Assembly (NCBI RefSeq): GCF_006345805.1
Contig: NC_043010.1
Location: 7,750,001-7,814,000, forward strand
From: Octopus sinensis
Lineage: Eukaryota
DNA: 64,000 bases
Reading direction: 5' to 3'
Within the stretch, counting starts at the first letter, position 1, and each line of letters opens with the position of its first letter. The position numbers and the translations under genes were made by a program. Of this stretch, positions 49,739 through 62,300 are shown in pieces. The notes beneath the pieces are model-generated. The model was not told the DNA's origin. It did no database searches and saw only the letters and a list, made by a program, of their open reading frames with translations.

Positions 49739-50184
49739 GGTAGAGGTTGTAAGTTTGACAAATAGTGCCAAAATTATTACTAATGGCATTGAGAGGAGAT
49801 TAATCAAGATATTATCAATTACAATAACATTGAATAAATAGAGACTGATAATTGCTTCAGATTATTGTAAGCATTTTTGAATAATAGCAGTGATACAGCA
49901 GCTGCGTTATTTTATTTTTTTTTTTATCATAACACTTATCTTAATAGTAAATTGAAACAGTGATGCTATCACCAAACGATTTAATCACTGGTGATGGGAT
50001 GGCACAGATAGTTGACTGCCAGACTAAATGTTATGAAGTAGTTAGCCTCGTTCCAATAGATTATGAGTTTATAGTCTGTCAATGTTGAATCTAGCGATTA
50101 AAATCTGCATCTACAATATTCAGCAGGTATGACTGAGTGGTCAAGAAGTTTACTGCCCAACGACATGGGTTTGGTTTCAATACC

Positions 50185-50416
50185 TATTTCTTTATTACCC
50201 ACAAGGGGCTAAACATATAGGGGACAAACAAGAACAGACATAGGTATTAAGTCGATTACATCGACCCCAGTGCGTAACTGGTACTTAATTTATTGACCCC
50301 CGAAAGGATGAAAGGCAAAGTCGACCTCGGCGGAATTTGAACTCACAACGTAACGCAGACGAAATACCGCTTAGCATTTCGCCCGGCGTGCTAACGTTTC
50401 TGCCAGCTCACCGCCT
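50185..50416 (-). mobile_element. SINE family B inserted into a SINE A head, 15-bp TSD
   Basis: TTTGGTTTCAATACC at 50170-50184 and 50417-50431; the SINE A head continues on both sides (about 50125-50525). Confidence 0.92.
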
Positions 50417-50560
50417 TTTGGTTTCAATACCATTGCATGGCACCTTGAGCAAGTGCCTTCTACTCTAGCCCTGGGCTATCCAAAGCCTTATGAGCGGATT
50501 TGGTAGAGGAAAAACTGAAAAATCTTTATGTATATTATATACACATGTGTGTGTGTGTGT

Positions 50561-50931
50561 GGAAGGGAATTAATGCATTCGAGCTTTGGTGTTGGAGAAG
50601 ACTTTTGCGGGTTCCATGGACAGCAAGGCTCACCAATGGAGAAGTTCTTAAACAGATGAAGCCGAAACTGTCACTGGAAGCTAGGATCAACTAACCATAG
50701 ATTGGCATATTTTGGTCATATTATGCGGAGAAAATCCCTGGAGAAGCACATCATGCTCGGAATGGTCAGTGGCAAGAGAGGAAGAGGCCGACCAAGAACC
50801 CACTGGCTTGACACAGTCAAGAGTGACACGGGAATGGCCATGGCCAATCTGAAAGAAGCTACCCAGGATAGAACTGGCTGGCGAATACTGATCCATCGAG
50901 TAACCAAGAGTTGACTTCAACTGAGCGGATA
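50561..50931 (+). mobile_element. RTE-BovB-like LINE 3' end
   Basis: AFELWCWRRLLRVPWTAR...LSLEARI / LAYFGHIMRRKSLEKHIMLGMVSGKRGRGRPRTHWLD...QDRTGWRILIHRVTKS*LQLSG*; one frameshift; (GATA)n tail. Confidence 0.88.
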
Positions 50932-51589
50932 GATAGATAGTGTGTGTGTGTATTTTGACATCACATTATTGTTGTATAGATGAATGATATTTATTTCCAA
51001 TATTCTGCAAAAATGTTTGGTCAAATGTCTGGTGGTGGCAGCAATGGTGGTGTTGGTATGGTGATGATGTTGATGGTGATCTTGATCATGATTGTGATCG
51101 TGATGATACAAAGTAATGTTACTAAATATGCTGAGTTCTTTGTGGTATCAGATGCAATTTCTTGCAGTATTTATTCTGGTCCTCCCTGACATAAGCTCAA
51201 CTGAACTCCTGCTCAGATTCTGTTTTACTTTTAATTTGCAAAGCGCTGATAAATAGTAGTCCAGAAAGGTGAATTGAAAGAATTGTTTGAGTGTGTGGAT
51301 GAAATTCCCTATGAACTCTATTCTGGCCCTATGTACTCTGAGATCAAATTGCACTTCTTATCTCTTATCTCTAGTCTTCTTATGACAGGACAAGGATTTA
51401 GGGTTTTCAGAACAAAGAGATAGATAGACCTCACCTGTGTCAGATATCTTAGTTGCATCAATATTTAGGAATATGAACCTTGCACCCAGGAAGATAAATG
51501 GAGGGGAAGAAAATATAAAAAAATAATATTCTCATAGCAAATGCTATAATTACCATCAACATCATGCACAACACACCAGCTAGCCTGTC

Positions 51590-52075
51590 GCTATGTGATC
51601 ATGCAACTTGTTAGAAATGGCAGTCAAATCTCCCTCAAACCAAACCCTGCCATTTAAAAAAAAATAAAACGTGATTTTTCGACATAGTTCTAGAAATGCA
51701 GCATGAAATAAAGATGGGATGGTCACACATGGAATGACTTTGATCATAAATTTACTCATTGTAAATTCCACTAGAGTTAAACATCATCATCATCTCACGC
51801 TCAAGAAGTTAAGAATAGATCCTCTATGTGGGTACATGGCCTTCTAGAAATAGCAGCCAAAATTTTACCTCAAACCATACACTATTATCTTAAAAACAAA
51901 CAAAATAAGAAAATGAATGATACATTAGATAATGCAGTCCTAGATACACAGTGGCTAAACTAAAAAGAGGCTGCATGATCACAGCTGGAACACGCTTTCA
52001 TAAGTTGATTTTTTTTTCCATTGGGAATGATCCGAATCTAAACAAGAAGAACAGCAGCAACAACAGTGACAACAT
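51590..52075 (+). repeat. Old dispersed repeat fragments (family E)
   Basis: GGGATGGTCAC...GGAATG.CTTTGATCAT module seen twice here, at about 13280-13360, and inverted near 63180-63290 and 63760-63930. Confidence 0.4.
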
Positions 52076-52550
52076 GATGCATATTGGAATTGTATTTATA
52101 TAAAAGTCTAAAGAGAGAAAAAATAATTCACTTGTATGAGAACCACATGTTTCTGAAGGGTAGTATTGACATTCCTGTCTGCTGATGTTGTGAATGTTGT
52201 GTCTGCTTTTAAACTAAACAGGATGCAGTGTGACTACATGGCTTGCTAGACGCATTTAGCAAGCAAGATATAACTGACCAATGATACCAGGAATAAACAT
52301 AGTTATTGAAATAAACATATTGCCAGTACGGTTGTGATATCTTGTCAAAGAAGAATCAGTTTTAGAAAGCAATGGCTAAAAGTAAAGATGACAGCGTGAA
52401 AATCTTTTAAGAACAGTGCAGCAGTAGTTATTTCTGTATATAATTGCATCAATGTAAAAGGAGATAATTTCAGCTTCTTAAATACTTGTCTAATTTTGCT
52501 ACACAATCTTGTGAGGATAATCTTTATTTCTAATAGTCATATTGCATTGT

Positions 52551-52964
52551 CTCTTTTACTCTTTTACTCTTTTACTTGTTTCAGTCATTTGACTGCAGCC
52601 ATGCTGGAGCACCGCCTTTAATCGAGCAACTCGACCCCGGGACTTATTCTTTGTAAGCCCAGTACTTATTTTATCGGTCTCTTTGCCGAACCGCTAAGTG
52701 ACGGGGACGTAAACACACCAGCATCGGTTGTCAAGCAATGCTAGGGGGACAAACACAGACACACAAACACACACACACACACATATATATATACATATAT
52801 ACGACAGGCTTCTTTCAGATTCCGTCTACCAAATCCACTAAGAAGGCTTTGGTCGGCCCGGGGCTATAGCAGAAGACATTTGCCCAATATGCCACGCAGT
52901 GGGACTGAACCCGAAACCATGTGGTTGGTAAGCAAGCTACTTACCACATAGCCACTCCTGCGCC
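52551..52964 (-). mobile_element. SINE family A, full length, young
   Basis: Match to family A. Confidence 0.93.
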
Positions 52965-53939
52965 ACTCCTGTCTGAATATAATAAAGACATGAGTATTGA
53001 TTTACAACATAAACACAGGGCCTCGAATGAGCACAGTTGATTAGACTGATGTACAACTCAATTGGTACGTATTTTATTGACTCCAGAAGGATGAAAGGGA
53101 AAGTTAGTCTCTGTGGGATTTGAACACTAAACACAAAGATGTACAACTAAATACTGCACAATATTTTAGTCCATTAATTTACTCATTCTGCTAAGCCAAT
53201 TTATCACCCTTTAAACACACGAATATTAATGCCATGATAGTAACACAACTGAAGGTGGTGGTGTTGGTGGTGGTGTTGGTGTTGGTGTTGGTGGTAGTGG
53301 TGGTGGTGTTGGTGGTGGCGGTGGTGGTAGAACACTTAACTCTTGATGGAGTTGAAGGGGCACCATTATGACATAGTGTGCCTTGGTCATCTTTAAAACC
53401 TGGCAAAGCCATTCTTCCCAAGGCACGTGTGTGTGTGTGTGTGTGTATGTGAGGGAGAGAGGAGGAAGAGGAGAGAGCTGAGAAGAAAGTGAGAGAGAGA
53501 GAGACAGTGAGAGAGAAGAGAGAGAGAGAGAGACAGTGAGAGAGAAGAGAGAGAGAGACAGAGAGAGAGAAGAGAGAAAAGAACCAATCTCCCAGTACTT
53601 GATTAGTTATTTATTTATTGACCTCAAAATCTTCAAAGGTAGAGTTGACCCCAGCAGAATTTGAACTCGGAATTCAGAGCGCTAGATCAATACTGCATTG
53701 CATTCTATCCAATGCTCTAATGACTCTACCAATCAACCACTATAGAATGGAAGGCTCTCAATCAGATAAGATTTCTTTGAAGTTCCTAAACAGTCATATT
53801 CTTCTCTGAGTGTAACCTTGAAGCCATCAGTTTATATAACCAGAGCCTGTCATTAACTATAGTGACCATCACTAACCATGGAAGGAAAGCTGTCGCAGAT
53901 CCCACAAATTACATGACACCTTAAGAATGATATATCTTT

Positions 53940-54360
53940 TATTATTTACTTGTTACAGCCACTAGACTGCAGCCAAGGGTTCAAGTGAAACAAGAGCAAC
54001 CCCCAGTACTTTTTTTTTTTTGTATTTTTAAGTCTGGCTTTTATTCTACTGGTCTGTTTTGCCAAATCACAAAGTTATAGGGATATAAACAAACCAACAC
54101 CAGTTGTTAAGCCATGTTGGGGGACAAACCCAAATGTGATGATTCACACACAAACACGCACTCACACATACATACACACTCACACACATACATATAAACA
54201 AAGGGCTTCCCCACAGTTTCCATCACCCAAACTTACTCACAAAGCATTGGTCAACCTGGGGTTATAGTCAAAAACACTTGCCCAAGGTTCTATACAATGG
54301 GACTGAACCCAAAACCACATAGCTGTTAAGCAAGCTTCTTAACTGCACAGCCATGCCTGA
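53940..54360 (-). mobile_element. SINE family A, old diverged copy
   Basis: Both halves recognisable. Confidence 0.65.
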
Positions 54361-54377
54361 GCCTATATATATATATA

Positions 54378-54789
54378 TACTCTTTTACTCTTTTACTTGT
54401 TTCAGTCATTCGACTGCGGCCATGCTGGAGCACCGCCTTTAGTCGAGCAACTCGACCCCGAGACTTATTCTTTGTAAGCCCAGTACTTATTCTATCGGTC
54501 TCTTTTGCCGAACTGCTAAGTGACGGGGACGTAAACACACCAGCATCGGTTGTCAAGCAATGCTAGGGGGACAAACACACACAAACACACACACACACAT
54601 ACACATATATACATATATATACATATATACGACAGGCTTCTTTCAGTTTCCGTCTACCAAATCCACTCACAAGGCATTGGTCGGCCCGGGGCTATAGCAG
54701 AAGACACTTGCCCAAGATGCCACGCAGTGGGACTGAAACCCGGAACCATGTGGTTGGTTAGCAAGCTACTTACCACACAGCCACTCCTA
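54378..54789 (-). mobile_element. SINE family A, young
   Basis: Match to family A. Confidence 0.92.
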
Positions 54790-54829
54790 TAGATATATAT
54801 TGGTAAATTACCGTTGTATTAACAGTATT

Positions 54830-55150
54830 TTGCAGCGTGGAAGGTGTTTGTAAGCCATTTAAGAAACACACAAAAGCGGTTCGATTCACTTCAACATTTA
54901 AGTTTAATTTGTCAAAATATTTTCGTCTCTATAAGACCGCGACCTCTTCACTGACAAAAATCCGTTCCCTTTTAAAGACGGCTTTCAATCTTCCATGTCA
55001 GGTAGAGATGCAGCACAGATTTTCGTCAGCGAACAGGTTGCGGTCTTATAGCGACGAAAATATTTTGACAAATTAAACTTAAATGTTGAAGTGAATCGAA
55101 CGGCTTTTGTGTGTTTCTTAAATGGCTTACAAACACCTTCCACGCTGCAA
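54830..55150. repeat. Inverted repeat, 133-bp arms (6 mismatches), 55-bp spacer; each arm holds a hammerhead-like motif
   Basis: Arms 54830-54962 and 55018-55150; HHR-like folds at 54908-54958 (-) and 55022-55072 (+). Confidence 0.93.
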
Positions 55151-55259
55151 TTGTTTTCGTTCCAGCACACGATCTCAGATCAAATCACTTGCTATGCAAG
55201 TACATCTTCGTAACAGTATTATATTCTACTTTAATGCTGTGCTACAGAATATATATGTA

Positions 55260-56343
55260 TTAATGCTAGCTAGCACTATTTGTAATAGTGGCTCTGGAAC
55301 TAGAATTGTGAATTCTTAAATGTGCCCCTGGGAAGATCTTTGAACATCTTGATCCTGACCACCAGCTCAGCCTGGCTGTTTCAGGCAGAGCTGTTGGTGT
55401 CTTTCTCAATGACACCTAATGCATCATAATCCAAACGGGGACTGCAGTTGTGAGAATTAAAAGGCCAGAAATTGGGGCTGGTGAACTCATAGAAATTTTC
55501 CAACAACCACTTCTGACTCTTTCCAGATGTATGCCAAGGAACTGAATCCTGCTTTCAGACATATGGCCTTCCGGTAGTAACCCTCTCCAGCCAAGGATTG
55601 ACCACAGTCTCCAGCAGTTTTACATTGCCATCTGAATTGAGCCCAGTTCAAAAATGTAAGAGTGTATTCCAGCATGTAGACGCAGTCAGAATGCCTACTG
55701 TGTCCCTTCCTGCTTGCCATGACTTCATAGTTTCTGTTGTAGCTGCTCATGTTATATTTTATAACCTCTACAGTATTCATGTGGAGGCACATGGCCTAGT
55801 GGTTAGAGCAGCGGACTTGCGATCAAGGGAACGCAGGTTCAAATCTCAGACCGGGCAATGTGTGTGTTTATGAGAAAAACACCTAAGCTCCATGTGGCTC
55901 CGGCAGAAGGTAATGGCGAACTTCTGCTGACTCTTCCACCACACCTTTCTCTCACTCTTTCCTCCTGCATCTTGCAGCTCACCTGCGATGGACCGGCGTC
56001 CCATCCAGGTGGGGAACCTATATACCAAGGAAACCAGGAAATCGGCCCTATGCTCCACAAGGGGCAAAAAGGATTAAGAAGAAGAAGAAGAAGACAGTAT
56101 TCACAGAAAACTGAACAGCAATCATGATGTCAGGATTTTGACACCTGGTGTGAATCATCATCACACAGGTAACTCTTTCCCAATATTCAGATGGCTTTGA
56201 ATCCTCCATGTCAGGTAGATTTTTCTTAACTGCAAATTTAATCTTTATGCTTTCCAATACCATTAATAGATCACCAATACATTAAGCTGTTCTTGATAGA
56301 AAGTGACATTAAAAAATTCATCAAATTTTACCTGGACACCCTG
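55260..56343 (-). mobile_element. Internally deleted maT-like mariner (5' TIR present) interrupted by SINE D
   Basis: CACCCTG|TA end at 56343; N-terminal SEYWERVTCVMMI...FSVNT continues as MNTVEVIK...; catalytic-region fragments ERVTTGRPYV, SGKSQKWLLENFYEFTSPNFWPFNS. Confidence 0.8.
55780..56093 (+). mobile_element. SINE family D with (GAA)n tail and 10-bp TSD
   Basis: ACAGTATTCA at 55770-55779 and 56094-56103. Confidence 0.88.
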
Positions 56344-56424
56344 TACATAGACAATTTCTTTCCTCAAGTCCCAGGACTGATAAGGCCAGTTATCTGGTTT
56401 CCATAGCCAGAGATGCAATAGAAT

Positions 56425-56942
56425 ATCATCATCATCATCATCATAATCATCGTTTAACGTCCGTTGTCCACGCTAGCACGGGTTAGACGGTTCGACCGGG
56501 GTCTGGGAAACCAGGGGCTGCACCAGGCTCCAGTCTGATCTGGCAGTGTTTCTACAGCTGGATGTCCTTCCTAACGCCAACCACTCCGTGAGTGTAAGTA
56601 GGTGCTTCTTACGTGCCACATGCACAGGTGCCAGGGGGGTACGGCATCGGTCACGATCGGTTGGAGCTTTTAACGTGCCACCGGCACGGAAGCCAGCCAA
56701 GGCGGCGCTGGCAACGGCCACGTTCGGATGGTGCTTTTTATGTGCCACCGGCACAGAAGCCAGCCAAGGCGGCGCTGGCAACGGCCACGTTCAGATGGTG
56801 CTTTTTATGTGCCACCGGCACAGAAGCCAGCCATGGCGGTGCTGGCAACGGCCACGTTCGGATGGTGCTTTTTATGTGCCACCGGCACAGAAGCCAGTCG
56901 GGGCGGCGCTGGCAACGGCCACGTTCGGATGGTGCTTTTTAC
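56425..56942 (-). mobile_element. RTE 3'UTR (family C) containing a 67-bp tandem array
   Basis: Units start at 56654, 56721, 56788, 56855 and 56922 (partial). Confidence 0.88.
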
Positions 56943-57736
56943 TGCGGTAATATTTGAACTCATGATCCATGTGTTTAGAATGTTGTTCATTCCGTCCCTT
57001 TACCGTTCACAGAAAATTAATTGATGCCTTTTTATTTTTATTTCTTTATTTCAACTAAGATCATATTGAGATTTAATGTGACAGAACACACGTTAAGTTG
57101 AGAGTACATCCTCCCATTCATTCTGTCTTTCCTTCAAAGCTTGCGAATCCTTAGGATAAGGAATAATGGAATTTGAGTAAGTAGATTTCATGGTGCAAAG
57201 AAAAGAAAAAAAAAGGAAAAAAAGAAAAGAAAAAGAAACTAAGAAAAAGGAAAATTCAATTGAAATTAATTATAATCATGGAACCAGTACATATTCTGAT
57301 AATTTTCAATGTCACAATCAATATATAATTAGATTAGTTGCAATATCAGCACATCAAGAGAATGAATGGCTGACAGCTGTTAATTATTTAAATGTGTTGG
57401 GGGGGTGGTTTTCTGACAAGCCAGTTTAAGTGTGAAAGTGCACTTGATATCCTTCTCAAGCAAGACAGTATTCAACTTCAATAAGCAACCTTAATTCCCC
57501 ATTTTCTTAATCAAATGCTTCCTGTCAGACAGCTAGAAGGTAGGATCAGACAACTCTTGATGTCAGCCGTGTAAGAGAGTGACACTGACCACCGGTGAAG
57601 TACTAAATATTAACATAGACAACAAATTTTTGTCATTCTAGCACTTAGCAATCTTCTCTCGCGTATTTGTTGTGAAGCTGAACATCGAAAAGAGAACCTG
57701 AATGAGAATGATATTCTAATAAATTCAAATGAAATA

Positions 57737-58243
57737 CATCATCATCATCATCATCCTTTAACATCTGTTTTCCATGCTAGCATGGGTTGGACGGATCGAC
57801 CGGAGTCTGGGAAGTCAGGAGGCTGCGCCAGGCTCCAGTCTGATCTGGCAGTGTTTCTACAGCTGGATGCCCTTCCTAACACCAACCACTCCATGAGTGT
57901 AGTGGGTGCTTTTTACGTGCCACCGGCACAGGGACCAGAGGAGGCTGGCAAATGGCCACGATTAGTTGGTGCTTTTTACATGTCACCGACACAGACAGCA
58001 GTCAGGCGGCGCTGGCATCAGCCACATTCAGATGGTGCTTTTTATATGCCACCGGCACAGGTATCATAACTACAATTTCCATTTGATTTCTATTTTGATG
58101 TTGATGTTGATGTACTTGACTCAATAGGTCTCCTCAAGCACAGCGGGTCACCCTACGATCCAAGGTTAGCACATCAGGCCGTCCTGCAAGCCATGAACTC
58201 ACTTCATTTGTCGGGTCTTCGCAGTCACAGCATATCTCAGAGA
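57737..58243 (-). mobile_element. RTE LINE 3' end (family C UTR plus ORF2 stop)
   Basis: Minus strand ...RYAVTAKTRQMK* then the UTR and (GAT)n tail, paralleling 1533-2015. Confidence 0.8.
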
Positions 58244-60057
58244 TATAAATAAATTTACTATTTCAATAGGATTCATGAAAACATGTAGCTTAGCGGTTAA
58301 AGTGTTGAGCTCAAGATCCTAATTTCATGGGTTTGGTAGCAAGACTAAGTTGTGAATTGTGTCATTGAGAAAAACATCTCATCTCATGTTGCTGTAGTCT
58401 ACTCAGGTGAAAATAAGTACCAATTGAGTGCAGGTGCAGTCTTCTCCCTCTCAGCTATACACATACACAAATTCAAGCAGAGGAGGGGGATGAGAGAATA
58501 TCTTTGCTTGCAACTACATAGGCACCTAAAACAGTTCTGGAAAGTATGGTACATGTTGTTAGGTCATACTTGTCAATGAGTGACAGATTTTTATCTTTCA
58601 CATTTTCTTTTTTAAGATGAGGACTAAACTGAAGTAGAATTATAATAGTTTAATAATGGCTAGGATACTAGTATCTTAATCTACTAGGATATAACTTAAC
58701 ATAGAAGCTTTAAAATAATATAATAACATTTTGATGTAGCCTACCATCATAATTTATGCATGTTGTTTTAAAATACTGTTTAATATTGCAATTTAAGCTT
58801 AATATATTTCAAAATTTTCTATAAAACCAAATATTATCAGAGCAATCAAAGCAGAGCCAAGCTTGAGTAATTAAAATCAAATCTAATCTGAATAATCAAT
58901 CATCAAAACTAAAGCTCAAAAATTGCGGCTAAGATAATTAGGTGAATAACTATAGGAAAATTCCCCTTCCAGATGAGATAATTAGATAAGTTAATTATTA
59001 TATAGAATATTAAACCTATCTAATAATTAGCCTATTTTGTTTATTGCATATTTGCTTGCAACTCTTTATTAATGAAATTCATAATCTGCTTCCTGGAAAC
59101 GGTTATTGGATAACTAAGCAATATTTAAGTATAGTCAAGCATTACCTATTTCACACAAGTTACATTTCTTCCTTTTCACATAAATAACCTTAAACTGAAA
59201 AGTTTCAATATAATAAACACAGAGTAAAGCTAACTGTATTAATGGATTAAGAAAAAGTGTTAGATGCTTAATGTATCCCCAAATATAGAATTGTCCTTTA
59301 TAAATCCTCATCATCATGAATAGGCTTCTATTTATTCTACCTTCTATGCTTGCATGGTTTGAAAATTTCATGTTATCTATGCCTGTCTCTTTTATTGCTT
59401 TGTTTCATTAGGAATTTCACTGCAAATTCTCTGCTCTCTAGTTGGATGTTACGTGACAGTTAGACACCAACTTATATAGCTTGCGATCAAATTGTATCTT
59501 CTCTTTAATGCATTACTAACGTGACATATAACCCCTAGAGTTCTGTAGATTTCTTCCAAAATCCAATTATGTTGCAGTCACTTCTAATCATCCTAGCTAC
59601 ACTTTATCTTCTGATCTAAATATTCCAGACAATCTTCTGTAAATACAGTTTCTTATGAGAACTAAATTCTTATAAATGTTTCTTCATTTAAAAAAAAAAA
59701 AAAGGGTGAGGAAATATAACATAACTCTTTAATAAAAGAGGATCTTCACAGTCAATGGATCACATCAAACCAAGAAATCATAGCCATAATGGCTTGACTT
59801 ATTGAAACTGAATTCAATTCCATTTATATAACTGCTTATTTAATTCCATGATTAATAAATCATCAATGAACTCTTCTTGTTTAAAATTTGATGGGGATAT
59901 TCAACTCCTCTGGCTCTAAATACTTGTTCATTGTTCTAAAACTCTTAGTAAATAGAAATGTTGCTAATCCTTATCACCACCACCACCACTGCTGCCGCAG
60001 CCATCACCGCCACCACCGCCACCACTGCCACTGCTGCTGCCAGTAGCAGCATCTTCA

Positions 60058-60436
60058 GTGGAGGCGTAATGGACCAATGGTTAGGGCAGTGGACTCGCGG
60101 TTGGAGGATCGTGGTTTCGATTCCCAGACCGGGCGTTGTGTGTGTTTATTGAGCAAAAACACCTAAAGCTCCATGAGGTTCCAGCAGGGGGTGGTAGCGA
60201 CCCCTGTTGTACTCTTTCGCTACAACTTTCTCTCACTCTTTCTTCCTATTTCTTGTCCCCGACTTCCTACGCAATCACTGAGCCTGAATGCGCATTCATC
60301 CATCCGTCAATGCTCTCGGTGTCGGGGGTTGACCTGCTTTCTCTTCTGCGGATCTTATGAATAGCAAAGGACCCCATTTCAGACTTCTCCCATCTTGCGA
60401 GCTCTGGGATGAGGACTGTTTGTTCAACAACAACAG
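60058..60436 (+). mobile_element. SINE family D with an alternative 3' module and (CAA)n tail
   Basis: GTGGAGGCGTAATGGACCAATGGTTAGGGCAG...GTTTCGATTCCCAGACC head. Confidence 0.8.
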
Positions 60437-61619
60437 CAGCATCTTCATTGTTTTTACATCCTTCACTTCGTGTCATCAAGGGTTTGAAGAAATTTAATTG
60501 AGACAGATTCTCCATGCGTAGATTCTTCTTCTGTCACCAAACCATTTGTGTTTTCCAAGAAAGGCATAATTTTTTTTTTTTTTTTCACCACCCTTCATAT
60601 GTCTGCAGTTAGAAACATCTATTCACTGGAGAAAGTAAACAATGCCATGATCTTTCATTGAAACAGTGTAAGAGCAGCCATTCAATTCACTTTTATGCAC
60701 ACTACCCGATACATCTCATACACACACATCATACACACATGTTTAGGTATACCCACATATATGTACATTCACATACATATGCATGTGATGGGCTTCCTTG
60801 TAGTCTCTCCCAAGGTATCATTGGATGATTTGAAGCTATAGTGGAAGACACCAGCACACAGCGCTAACAATAACATCAAACCTACCACATTTACTGGCAT
60901 GGAAATCAATGTAGTATATAGTGTAAACATGTAATGTAAACATTCAAGCATCATCACTATCTTTCCAACTCTTATTGCTTTTCACATGAAACTTTTGGTC
61001 CTCCAAAGTTGTCCTGTCATATAAGTTGACCTGCATTTTTTATCTGTAAATTTTGCTCTGAAAAATTCAACTTGCATGCTAGAAAATACACTAAAACTAT
61101 ATGGTTGTGAAGCAAAATTTGCAACTGCCCAGGCATGTCTGCACCTATAACTGTTTATTGGAAATACCTAAGTAGGATCAGTTTCAGAGTTTCTGTTAAT
61201 AATCTCCAACTGAGTGTAGGGGACATGATCTTACAAGTGAGTTAAAACTCCACACAAAGGTCAACTTTGTCTTTAAACTTTTTAAGGCAGATAAAAAAAA
61301 GTGTCACTCCAAGATAGTGGGTAAGCAGACCTGTTAGAAAGTTGGTAAGATTCCATACAGATTTGATCTGGCTTTTTGCGGTTCTGATAGTGACACCTGA
61401 AATGACACTGGTGCTAAGCTGTATTGGCTCTAGTTGGTGGCCTTTCTTTGGATAAAGAATAGTGGTGAGGAGAAAGGAGACTTGCTTGCAGGGGAGCAAC
61501 TGCCAGCCTTCCTCAAAAGATCTTGCTCATGTCTGCAAACACACATATAAATGCATGGTTGACCTCATCTAACAGAGGCCCAACAAGGAAATCAGTTTAT
61601 TCAATGCATCATTATCCTC

Positions 61620-61830
61620 ATGACCATCATCACTCAACGTCCATTTACCATGTTGACATGGATTGGATAGTTTTACAGGAACCAGCAAGCCACAGGAATG
61701 CATCAGGCTGCAATGTCAGATTCGGCATAGTTTCCATGGCTGGATGTCCTTCCTAATGTCAACCACTTTACTCTGTGTACAGCATGCTTTTAATATGCTA
61801 CCAACGCTGGTGAGTTTGCCAAGTAACTTT
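61620..61830 (-). mobile_element. RTE 3'UTR (family C), diverged
   Basis: CTGGATGTCCTTCCTAATGTCAACCAC motif. Confidence 0.6.
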
Positions 61831-62300
61831 CAAGACAGGAAAGGAATGGGAAACATAATCTGACATTAATTAATAACAAGTGCGTTAATAGGATACTGTC
61901 ATTTGATGTGTAATATTGAATTTAGTAGCCATGAATATGTATAAGAAAGCGGGGGGAAAAAAATCTGTTATATTGACTAAATATAATTATTTGCAAATAA
62001 TTTACTTGTCATATAATGTGCGTCTGAAGCATATTTTTCTTTTTAAATGCTAAATGAAATATCCAAGTTTTGTAAATATCAATATGTTATAAATACAAAT
62101 AATTTATGAAATTATGTTTCAAAACTATATATATGTATAAAAAAAAAAAAAGAAAATTTATTAGAGAAATCTGCTGGGATTGAATTACTTGCAGAAGCAG
62201 TAAATGACTATACGAAAATTGATTTGATTTAGTTTCAAGACTAAGACATAACTAGAGTAACATAACAGATACTTTCTTCATTTCTCTTCATTATACCTAA

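Noticed and set aside
51148-51420. Mirrored open frames (GELKELFECVDEIPYELY on +; RIEFIGNFIHTLKQFF on -)
   Set aside because: Protein-like but splice sites are weak, the strand is undecidable and there is no recognisable homology.
54977-55030. Alternative minus-strand HHR across the spacer (CTGACGA...GAAAGCCGTC)
   Set aside because: Stem III has a G-G mismatch, stem I is poor, and the 3' part is mariner-derived; likely coincidence.
56654-56941. Regularly spaced repeats as a possible CRISPR array
   Set aside because: Contiguous tandem units without unique spacers, eukaryotic context, no cas genes.
59148-59196. Minus-strand exon candidate FKVIYVKRKKCNLCEI, plus similar ones near 3069-3132 and 4110-4140
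   Set aside because: Good splice sites occur by chance in AT-rich DNA; they could not be chained or recognised.
61190-61243. Open frame ending at a strong GTGAGT donor
   Set aside because: The donor lies in a decayed SINE B B-box remnant.
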